From the NCBI GenBank assembly GCA_002633005.1, contig NMRA01000497.1, positions 208,883 to 272,882 on the forward strand: a DNA stretch of 64,000 nt, given 5' to 3'. A program made the translations under genes and the position numbers. This document shows, piece by piece, positions 52,575-64,000 of the stretch. Below the pieces are notes generated by a model. That model saw only the letters and a program-made list of their open reading frames with translations. It ran no database searches and was not told the origin of the DNA. Source of the stretch: Phoronis australis. Lineage: Eukaryota; Animalia; Phoronida. Position 1 is the stretch's first letter. Each line of letters opens with the position of its first letter.

Positions 52575-55500
52575 ACTTGATTTATTATTATGTTGATTGT
52601 GTGTCGTGTTTGTTAAATTACTTGTTTTCAGGTTTGTGTGCTGCGTATATCACTGGACTTGTTATCGTGAATTTTGTGTCGTATATATAGTTTGATTTGT
52701 TATCTTGTATATTGCGTGGAGTATTTCAATTTACTTGTTATCATGTATAATGTCTGCCGTGTATAATAATTGACTTGTAACCGTGTATTATTGACTTAAT
52801 TTTCAGTGCTGTCATGTATAATATGTGTCGTGTCTATTAATTGACTTGTAATAACGTTTACTGTGTGTCTTGTTGACTTTTTATCATCTTTATTGTATAT
52901 CTTGCTTATTTACTGACCTGTTTTCATGATGATCCAATGTCGTGCATATTAAATGAATTGTCATCATCTACATTGTGTCCCTTGTAAATTTAATTTATTG
53001 TTATGATGTTTATTGTGTGTCGTGTTTAGTCTTTGACTTGTTATCATGTTTGTTATGTCTCGTGTATAGTAATTGACTTGTTATCATGTTTAATGTTTTC
53101 GTGTGTGTTAATTGACTGGTTGTCATGTTTATGGTGTCTCGTGCTTGATAATTCAATCTTTTGAATGTTTATTGTGTGTCTTGTTTATTAAATCACCTGT
53201 TTTCATGTTGATTGTGTGTCGTGCATATTAATGGATTTTTTATCACGTTCATTTCGTATCCTGTACATTTATTTTCATGTTCATTATTTGATTAGTCACA
53301 TTTACTGTGTGTTGTGTACATAAATTGACTTATTATCATTTCCATTGATTGAATTTCTATCATGTTCATTTTGTGTCGTGTATAACAATTCAATCTTTAT
53401 CATGGTTATTGCTTGTCTTGTTTAGTAATTGACCTGTTTGATTTTGATTGTGTGTCGTGCGTGTTAAATGATTGTTATTATGTTGATTGTTCGTCATGTA
53501 CATTAATTGACTTATCGTGTTCATTGTTTTTGGTGTAAATGAATTGACTTGTTATCATGTTTATTGTTTTCGTGTTTATTACATGACTTGTAAATTGTGA
53601 GTCGTGTTTGTTAATCGAATCTTTATACTATTTATTGTGTGTCTTGTTTATTACTTCACTTGTTTCCATGTTGATTACATGCCGTGCATATTAATGGATT
53701 CTATCATATTGATTGTGTGTCCTGTACATTAATTTACATTTGAACATGTTTGTTGTGCGTCGTGTATATTATTTGACCTGTCATGTTTACTGTGTGTCGA
53801 TAACATTAATTGACTTATGAATTATGTTCATTGTTTTTCAAGTATATTGATTGAATTTTTATCATGTTCATATTGTGTCGTGTATATAAATTGACTTGAT
53901 ATTATGTTGATTGTGTGTCATATACCACAGTTGTCTTGTTTATTATTTTTCTGTTTGTATTAATAGAGCTGTTATCATGTGTATTTTCTGTCGTGTTTGT
54001 AAATTGACATATTAATTGTATGTCGTGTATATTAATTGACATTTTGTCATATTTATTGTGTGTCGTATTATTTGATTTGTCATGTTTACTCTGTGTCGGG
54101 AATGTTAATTGACTTGTTAGAAAATTCATTTTTTGGTGTCTAGTGATTGATATCTGATCATGTTCATTGTGTTTCGTGTATCTTAATTGACTTGATATCA
54201 TGTTTATTAAGTGTCGTGTGTAATAATTTATTGTGTCGTGTATATTAATTGACTTTTGATCATGTTCATTGTTTTCGTGTGTATTAATTGTTATATTTTT
54301 GTGTGTCGTGCATACTATTTGGTTGCTGTCGTGTTCATTGTGTGTCCTGTACACTAAATTACATTTGATTACGTTTATTATGTGTCGTGTATGTTTACTT
54401 GACTTCTTATTATGTTCATTGTTTGATTTTGAGTATGTGCTGTGTCAGGTATATTAATTGACTTGTTTAATGTTTCGTTTATTGTATGGCTTGTAAATTA
54501 ATTGACTTGTTTTATGTTAATTGTCGAGCATATTAACTGCCTTGTCATAATGTATATTGTGTTCCGTGTGTAATTATTTACCTGTTATGATGTTTTTCAT
54601 GTGTTGTGTTTATTATTTGACTTGATATCATGTTTAATATGTCTCATGTAAAGTAAATGACTTGTTATCATATTTATTGGGTGTCGTGTATAATAATTGA
54701 TTTTTATTGTGTGTCGTGTATATTAATTGATTTTTATAATGTTTATTGTTTTTGTGCATTAGTTTTTACCATATTGATTGTGTGTCGAGTTTAATAATTA
54801 AGTGTTTTCATTTTTATTATTTGTCGTGAATATTAATTGACTTGTTATTATTTTTCATTTCGTGTCGCCTATACAGATTGTGTTTTTGTCATTTTTATTG
54901 TGCGTCTTTTATATTGACTTCCTATGTTGAAAACTGTGTGCCGCGTATATCAATTAATATTTCTCTATGAGATTTACATGTAGAAGACTACAGACGGCGG
55001 CTGCAAGAACATGAAATAGGTAAGACGGCGGCTGCAAGAACATGAAATAGGTAAAACATTGAGTGGCCTAAATTGTCAGTGTTACCATGTACTTCGTATT
55101 TATTAGTTGTCTTGTTATCATGTATATTGCATGGTGTATTTTAATTGACTTGCTATCATGTATACTGTGTTCCACGTACTTCAATTGACTTATTCCTCTT
55201 TCAGATTAAGAAGACTAGAGATGGTGGCCGTCAGGACATCAAACAGGTCAAGTATTCAGTTGAAATGATTTGTGAGTACTATCATGTGTCGTGTCTATAA
55301 ATTGAATTGTTATCATGTTTACTGTTTGTCGTGTGTATTGAATAAATTGTTAATCATATTTGTTTTGTGTCACGTATAGTAACTGGCTTGTCGTGCTTAC
55401 TGTCTGTCGTGTATCTTAATTGACTCGTCATCTTTAATGTGTGTCGTGTATATTAAATGACATGTTATCATATATTTTGTGTGTCGTGTAAAATGATTGA

Positions 55501-56910
55501 TTTTGTCCTCTTTAAGTTTAAGAAGATGACAGACGGCGGCCGCCAGGACATCAAATAGGTGAAGTATTCAATTAATTAAATTGTCAGTGTTCACATTTAT
55601 ATCATATGCCGTGTCCATTAATTGACTTCTTACCATGTTTACTGTATTTCGAGTACATTAAATAACCTGTTCACAGGTTTATTGTAGGTCTTGTTTTTTA
55701 ATTGACCTGTTTTCTTTTTGATTGTTTGCCGTGCACATTAAATGAGTTGTTGTCAATTTTATTGTGTCCCGTAAAACTTAATCTCTTTGTTATCATGATT
55801 ATTGAGTGTCGTGTACATTAATTGCCTTGTTATCATGTTCATTACGTGCCATGTATATCAATTGATTTATTAATATTTTAATCATGTGTCGTGTTCATTA
55901 ATTGACTTGTTATCATGTTTATTTTGTGTCGTGAATATTATTTGACTTGTTATTATATTTATAGTGTGTCATTTATATGAATTGATGTGTTATCATGTTC
56001 ATTGTTTGTCGTTTATATTGACTTCGTATCTTGTTATTGTGTGGCGTGTATGTCAACTTATGTTCCTCTTCAGATTAGGAAGACTACAGGCGGCGGCCGC
56101 CAACCCTAGAAATAGGTAAAGTATCCAATGGCTTAAATTGTCAGTGTTATCATGTATATTTTTTCGTGTATATTATTTGACTTGTTATCATAAATAATGT
56201 GTCGTGTATATTATTTGATTTGTTTTCATTTATATTGTGTTATCTATTTTCATTGACTTGTTATCATGTAGGTTATATATAGTGTATATTATTTGACTTG
56301 ACGACAGACGGCGGCCGCCTGGAAATGAAATGTGTGAGGTATTCAATTAGTTAAATTGTCAGTATTATCATGAATACTATGTACCGTGTATACTAATTGA
56401 TTTGTTGTCATGTTCATTCTGCGTCGTGTATATTAATTGTCCCGTTATCATGTTTATTGCGTCATGTGCATTAGTTATCTGATCATGTCTCTTATGTGTC
56501 GGATGTATTAATTATGTTATCATGTTGATGATGTGTGGTGTGTATCAATTGGCCTGACAGCATGTTTATTTTGTGTCGAGTATATTAATTGACTTATCAT
56601 TTTTGCTTGTCGTGTTGATGAATTGACTTGTGTTCATGTTTATTGTATTTCTTGTATAATAACTGGCTTATTATCATGTTCATTGTGTAACTCTAAATAG
56701 GTCAAGCTTTCAATAGCTTAAATTGTCAGTATTATCATGTATATGTTGTGCCGTATATAATATTTGACTTGTTATCATGTATATTGTGTGCCGTGTATGT
56801 TGAGTGACGTGTTGTCATGTATACTGTGTTGCGTGTATATTAATTGACTTATTGCTGTTTAAGCTTAAGAAGACAAGAGACTGCGGCACCTGCGACACAA
56901 AGTAGGCCAA
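52575..56910. repeat. Degenerate ~40-bp satellite array (consensus approx. TTGACTTGTTATCATGTTTATTGTGTGTCGTGTATATTAA) with interspersed GC-rich 42-nt cassettes in its 3' half
   Basis: About 100 diverged units over 4.3 kb; strongly T/G-skewed on the + strand. Confidence 0.9.
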
Positions 56911-57657
56911 GATGTAGGGAAAAGATTTTCTCTTCCCAGAGAAAATATCAGTGAGAGTTTATCTTTTGTCATGCGCACGTGTTTCGTCACCTCAGAAACA
57001 CGTTGCGTGTTTTACTATAATCACGTACTATACCCTTGATTGAAATTGTATGCTTTTTGGTCCATTTGATGTATTGTACTTACTATGGAAAGGTATTCTG
57101 CGCCTGTGAATTTGATATCAATCAAAACGAATAACATTTCTGGTTTTAGCCTGTTTAGCTGCCACTTCACTAAACTGAAAAACATTGGGTCAGGTTTGAT
57201 AGTATTTATGCTTGGAAAGCCTTCAAAAATATAACTCTTTCCTTTGGAAACAATACGAAATACATTCGAAGTTAAATTGTCTTTATATTTCTGCTAATGT
57301 ACTTTGTGAGAGATTTTTACCGTGACCTTTTTGCAGTGTGTGTTGTAATAAATTGAGGTGGGTGATTGTTAAGTTACTTAAAGTTGCTGAACTCTGGTTT
57401 CTTTGGAAAATATAGAAATATTACCAAAAGGTCGGGTGTAACTCAGTCTTCTAACAATGATAGAGGGAAAACATATAACCAGTCTTAAGAAAAGCCGTTG
57501 TCAGAGAACGGCTTTTAAATTTTTCGAACACAAGACTGAAGTGGTAAATAACAAAGGACGCAGCAACTTTAAATCCAAAATTTGATACTCACGTTTGAGC
57601 ACATTGACTCACTACCAAAACAACTGTTGAATTGCAAACTAACTATTGAACAATCAC

Positions 57658-57727
57658 CCGGTGTCATGATACAAGGTAGCAGGCATGTCTTTGACATGAG
57701 GTTCTGGGTTCAAGTCCCAGTGACCCC
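57658..57727 (+). mobile_element. SINE/tRNA-like remnant
   Basis: B box GGTTCAAGTCCC inside a CTGGG...CCCAG T-arm stem; A box degenerate. Confidence 0.3.
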
Positions 57728-60174
57728 TACATTCCGATAGAAAGTTTGCTTTCAACATCCAGAGCCTGTTTTGAATACTAAGCAGAAGACACAAGTCTAT
57801 GATATACTACTGGATGATGTGAATCGGTAATACCATCATTTTCGAATGTTTTTCAAAATTAGTCACCGAATGGTCACTTCATTGCTTAATACGCATGATT
57901 TCTCACATAGGTGCGCTGCTAAAACTTAACATATGCGTTATTTATCTCTTCCAGTAGCATTGGTTTAGCCATTAAACAAGAACTGACTGCGAATGGCCAT
58001 CTCTCCACTGTGCTTCAAGGTGACTTCCTTGAAACCTCCAAAGACTATTCTCTCAGCCGAATAACGAGCAAAAGCCCACAATAATTCTCACTTTTGTTGA
58101 CACGGAATGTCTTAATGTGATTTCGAAATTATACCAAGCAACTAGAGTATTTTTGCAAATAACTTGACGGTGCTTTCTTGGGTCAGGACACGAAAAATAC
58201 GTTATTTTTACACTGTATAATTTACTAAAATTTCTCATAGCAAACTTGTGTTGGTTCGTTTGGTGAACTTATCCAACTCGATGCGTATTGTTTTTTTAAT
58301 AGTTCTGCTATTTACTTTTGTCACTATAAAGGTAATGTAGTTCATTTTGTATTGTATTGTGCCATACCATTGTGCCATACGAGCACACTTAATCTGTTCT
58401 TGCAAAGGTCTTGGGTCTGAGCTGGGAACCAATACCTTGGTCTATATTCACAAAACACATAAATCCGAAACCACCTTAACTCCCATTGAAGACTCGTCGC
58501 CTATCCTTGGCACCACCTTATATTCGAAGTATTGGAAAAGCCTGTCGCGATGTGCAGTAACTTATAAAAACGTATACTTAATGTTAAAATTGTAATTGTT
58601 TATTTGAAGATTAATAAAATTGCTATTGAGTTTGTGATTATGTTTGTTATTTTATCATTGTGATTGGGTATAATTGTATATGCAGCACAGGAAACAGTGA
58701 CTCGGTGACGAGGTCTACTGCACATGTGGGGATATTTTCTTGGGTACGTAATGGGTAGCCGTTTATTGTTGAAAGCATGTATGCAAATGGCAGTACTGCC
58801 AAGAAAACTCTGTTTCTATGCATAATATATCCTGCGTATGAATGTATAACGTCACAATCATGCCCGCTATGAAACCGTTATTAATAATTATTGTGACATC
58901 GTTATAAACTACAATTACATGGTCTCCTACGTTTATTTTATTCATGTTAAAGACAATTTCCACCATTTTAAATGGTTGGGAAATCGCATGCCACTTTTCT
59001 TTTTGCAAATGTGGCCCCAGTTCACATCTCGCACAAAAATTCTCAGTAATCGTTATTTATCCTATACGCGTGAGAGTATGACCATGAAATACGGGTCTTA
59101 TTGTGAGGTTTGATATGGAAGACCTACATGTACTTTTCCGTATTCAACGCGCGTTGAATATGGTTTTTCCGTATTCAACGAGCGTTTAATATGGATGCCT
59201 TCTTTCTCGCCAAAATTCCATCCTGAACACACAATACACTAAAGTTGGTAGAAACATGACTATGTATATAGCATCACTTTGGATTCAGCTCCGTGCGCAA
59301 TATTTTCAAATGCCAATACTAAGATATGAGTTAAATAAAAATATCGTTAACAATGTTTCTTAATATACCGTGAAATTTTGTCCCTAAGTGGAACACTTAA
59401 ATCACAAAAAGTATCGAACTTGCAACAATATATTTGGGATTAGGAAAACAACATATATTACAAAGGGGAAACTTCCTTTTGGTCACTTATTGCACTACAC
59501 AAGTTGAGGTTCTTTACGGTCAAATATGAGTCAATTCGTTCTCAAAACAATCAAAATACGTCGAGCTCAAAAGCAAAATTGCAACTTCAGTAAACACTGT
59601 ATTTTTGTCAATTTTGCGACAAATTTCTGAATACTTTCTACCTAAAAATGATAAGAACCGGGCGCAAGGAGCATTTTTAAAAAGCGTCTGAACGTGCATC
59701 AGCCAAAACGTCTGGGTGTCCTGCACAGATATCACTCAACGAATTCAAGAAAAATCGTCAGAAATGTAAGCAAACTTTAACTTAGAAATAGATTTAGCTC
59801 AGACTCTGACGAAAATACCGAAATTAGTAGATGTGCACCCCAAGCTTGTAGCTGCTGTCAAATACAACTTGATTGCCGTGTCATGCAGGCTGCAAAAATT
59901 CATTCATAAAATTTTTGCGTGCACGTACATGTATACGTGTCCCACGAACTGAAACCACTGGTATAAACACGTACGTTGTATAACCTATACATATAAGTTC
60001 CGCGTCATTTTAGCAGATAAGGCATTTGATTATTTGATTGATTGAGGTAATCCTTACAGAGGGCGCTAGTGTACATGTGTAGTTACTTTAAATTAACCTG
60101 GTCAGTCATGTCAAATAAATGGAAGAAAAGAAGAGGTTTACCTTAACGATTATTTATATTCCCTCAAACTTAAC

Positions 60175-61105
60175 TCCAAGTGACTCAATCAGTGGACAAA
60201 GGTCATCGGGTTCAGTTTTTATCTCGGCCTTCTCTTTCTGGTCCTCTTGCAATGCGTGTACACTTGTCTTTTCTTTTTTGTATCATGTACATGTGTCTAA
60301 AGTGACTTATAAGCCCGGTGGAGGGCTGGGTGTTCCTAGTCTTTGTAACGTATTCATTGTTTAAATTCATTTGAACACATGTCACTGTAATAAAAATTAC
60401 TTACTTACTTACTTACTGACTTACTTATACTGACAGCGAAATACATCCAGAAAATCTCTTGTTGTCATTTGAAAGAGCTTAGACTTGATTTTTATAACAA
60501 TATAAAGCAGAATAATTCTTGCTCAAATTTTTCTTCAACTGGTCTGTAAACTCTGCTCGTCCTTTCCAAATTAGACAATTTTGCAAGACAATTTCCAATA
60601 AAATGTGAAAGTGAGGCAAGATTTGTTATTGCTCAGTCATCAAGATTAACTCTTTAACTATATGTTCTAAAAGTCATACAAGGCTGGAAGGTGCAATAGG
60701 GCGGTAAGAAGGTCACTATATACTGCAACCAAAACTAGCCACAAAAAGTGGTCTATAGATTATCTTCCCTCTCTTGCACAAAACTGTCAGATTTTAATAA
60801 ATGGCACAGAATTATGCACAGTATACGTTGATTATTCCAGCCACCAATGTATAAACTTCAATCTATTTTGTAAGTTACTTATTCTCGTTGTTGAAAACAT
60901 ACAATTTTGAAGACGGATAATATCCCTTCTGTGCCAATTTCCGGTCTCTTGCTCCAGCGGCGAAACTAGAGATCATTGGGTACTCAAAATTTGGCATTTA
61001 TATTTTTGTTAGGATACCTATCCATGTACCAAAAGTGAAGTTGTTTTGAACTTTGATGTATAGACTAATTTTTTAAAATATACTGGTTTTTGTATGGACT
61101 GTTTC
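60175..61105. mobile_element. Truncated second copy of the Kolobok-like element
   Basis: Collinear with about 20760-21450 and ends in ...GTATGGACTGTTTC|TTAA. Confidence 0.65.
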
Positions 61106-64000
61106 TTAAATTTGCAAGTTCGCTAGTCTAGATGACGTCAAACATGCAGTAACTGAATAAGAAGCAAAGCGTAAAAACAAATGGTTATCATTTGAAATTT
61201 AGAATCTGTGTGTTTTGCGTACCCGATGGGTCCACCGTCGGCGTGTCCGCATGACGTACATCTCCAGTGGCTTGATGACATCTGTGACGTAGGCTTGTGG
61301 GTTGGCACAAACTCATTCCTGTGATTTGATTGACAACTTTCAGTCTAACATTTCTCATGTCATTGTTCACCTCAACTGTCTCCTCTTACATTTTCACAAT
61401 TCTTTCCATGGTGTTTCGGTTCACTATGGATGTCTACAACCTACATTACAAGAAAACATAATCAGAAAAAATACCGTTACTTGTAATAACCATTGGGATG
61501 GCAAAACTCTAATTACAAAAATGACTAAATCATGCCAAATGACGTCGTATGGAGGTCGTAAACTACATGTATTATTTAACTTGCAAGATCAAGACGACGG
61601 GCACCCTGTTTTCCTTTGTTGCGTCTTTGTTGAATATAACAATACAGGGGGCGCAAATATCTTACCTTGGGCGCACAACAGCCAGTTACCGAAAAATACT
61701 TACCATTATCTTTATTGTAAGAAATAGAAACAAAGTGATCAGCGGATATGCCTATCTACCGAAATCTATGCGACGAGCTTGCGACTTAGTTTCCCGTGGG
61801 TTCATAATTCCCCTTCACGTCTTGGTCACGAGGGAAAACTACTCTGACGATGACTTCAGCTTTCACCTACATGTAGCTGTTAAAACGGGAATTCTCGGTA
61901 ATTTTCCTATTAATGCTTTGACTTGCACTGTAATACAGCGTTTTCCTACAGCCTCAGCCCTTTTACACCCGTATACGTGAAGGAAAACTTACATCGCGTT
62001 CGTAAAGCCTTGTCTTGTCAAAATTACTCCATGCAATTAGCAGCAAAGTCGACACAAGAAACGGTTGCCAGTAAAGAGGCGATTCTTCTTGAACTATTGC
62101 ATCGAATCTGGTTAGCTCTGACGCTCGGGTATCTATTCCTGTGGTATTACTTTTGAAACTATCTCGCAAACGGCAAGTATGGAAGTATTAAGAGAGATTG
62201 ACGTTCAGGCTTTTGGAAATTCATAGTTTAAAACGACCTACAGTATTTTTCGAAGTGAGCCGATATAGTCTGATTGACAAAAATGAACCCTGCAATGTCG
62301 TTTACTGTAAAGTTGTTTTGGGAATTTATTACTTGTTATTTAGCAATTCAAGATGGCTGCATTCGCCATCTTGAATGCCGCACAATTTCCGTCTTCGGAA
62401 CATGATGGCTTGTAAAATCCGGCAGTGAAGCGACTTTCTGGTATTATTTTATGAATGCAAGTTCAAACTCAATGTCAGCTGAGAGACCAATTTAAAATTG
62501 AACTGAAATACGGAAAATCCGCCTCTTTTGGAGGACGAAATGTTAAATTTATGAGACATACTAAAAAACATATTTGTGTTTCTTCTGTGATCCCATGATA
62601 TAAGAATAAGGTATAACTAAATACTGGAATTCGATATCGTCTCAAAATGTCAATAACCGAAGTCACAATACTACGTGTTCTTTGACCACATTGTTGGTTT
62701 GTTATATTACTGCAAATGAAATGTTAAATACTGGACCCTCATCTTACCAACGTCTGAATAAATGAAGTTTTAATATTGAGTGTCTCGCCTCAGTATTAAA
62801 ACAAGCATAATGTACCTACATTTATGTATTCATAGGTTGTTACGATACTGAGTAGTAATTTATATTAAATTTTAACATGCATAAACATGTAGAACGATTA
62901 AGTTCATTGCACAAGTTTGAACGTGAAGTTATATATTTTAAATTTTAATATACATGTACATGTATTAATCAGAGATGCTTACTTAGCCGTCATTTACTTC
63001 TACTTGTCGTTCACCTTCTTCAGTGTCTACCTATTTGCTGGTGCGCTTTATGCAGCTGAACACCCCTACCTTTCACTTGTAATAGTCCGTGGAGGACAGG
63101 CTAGCTCTGCTGCAACTGCACCGTCTGTCGCTACATGCATGTCTTTCTGAATTGCTGCTGCAACTGGGTCAATTCGAGCTTGTCACTTCTGAAGTGGTCA
63201 GTAACACTACAGTTCGCCCAAAGTGAAAGTGGTCAGGAGCATCGTTCAGTGTTTGACAACTCTTCTGTGGATACATTGGTGCAGTAAGTAGAATACACAC
63301 GCAGTTTTCCGAAGCTGAAAGTAGGTAGCACAGAACTCTCGCAATACATTGCTGGGCCGTAGTCAAGATTGTGCGGGGGTTGGTTCGAATTTCTAGAATG
63401 GGGCACCTTTGATATTATGCAAACGTCGACACTGTAGAGTTTTCGGTAAGCACCTTGACGCAGCTTAATTAGGGGGAAGCAAAATTTATATACAGAACGA
63501 TGACTCTCAGCTCTGTGTTACTGAGATAAGACGGAATTGGTAATACCAGAAATGAGGATGCCGTGACGGTTGCTTTTGTAACGAAAAGGAGTCATATTGG
63601 GATGTGATGTGTTCCAGAAAGACAACGTTCTGGCGTTACACCCTGTCAAACTTTCAAATCAGGTGTGCTTGCATACTCAGACGGAAATATTTAGTCGGAA
63701 AATGACTAGAGTTCGTTATCTGATTGTATTTTGAGTGCTACTTTAGTTGCTTACATCGTTGGAAATGGGAACAGACCACTATTCCTAAGATTCACTATAT
63801 ATTATGAATGTTTTACTATTTCGAAGGTTCAGTATTCCAAATGTTCACTACTCCGAAAATATCTAAAATTTCGGTCTCAGGTGTAATTTTTAAACTTTTG
63901 CATAGAACAATAAACGATACTTCGGTTATTAGATGCACTTTGTCGTCTACCTTTACCTAAAACAACGCCCGGATTTCATGCGCATGCGAAATTGCCCGTA

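Noticed and set aside
52575-56910. CRISPR-like array or coding repeat (ORF 53902-54354)
   Set aside because: Eukaryotic context, degenerate repeats, no unique spacers and no cas genes; the ORFs are chance products of low-complexity sequence.
62990-63420. Coding-like GC-richer patch
   Set aside because: Stops in the frames I read and no recognisable motif or consistent exon.

Overview
AT-rich (roughly 37% GC by eye) intron-rich animal genomic DNA, probably from a marine invertebrate, in a draft assembly with several N gaps. Almost all ORF-track calls are spurious; the real genes are spliced and were rebuilt by hand from splice sites and reading-frame phase. (1) Two tandem paralogous secreted three-domain Kazal-type protease-inhibitor genes on +: copy A is 5'-truncated by the window edge (362-4115); copy B is complete (8632-12501, 204 aa, with a TATA box). 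(2) A 17-exon, about 771-aa type I membrane protein gene on + (17524-45137): signal peptide, two fibronectin type II domains, two tandem ependymin/LolA-fold-like repeats, a membrane-proximal domain, a TM helix and a short tail. It includes a GC-AG intron, a 12-nt microexon and one exon duplicated across an assembly gap. (3) Mobile DNA: an LTR retrotransposon with a 5-bp TSD in a Kazal intron, a TTAA-flanked Kolobok-like element, a decayed Ngaro/DIRS SGNH-hydrolase ORF, MITEs, SINE-like heads, and a repeat family whose subunits carry CTCF-like motifs. (4) A 4.3-kb degenerate 40-bp satellite containing repeated 42-nt exon-like cassettes. (5) A strong excess of TACATGTA, which in paired copies appears as a TA-to-TACATGTA 6-bp insertion resembling Tc1/mariner excision footprints.
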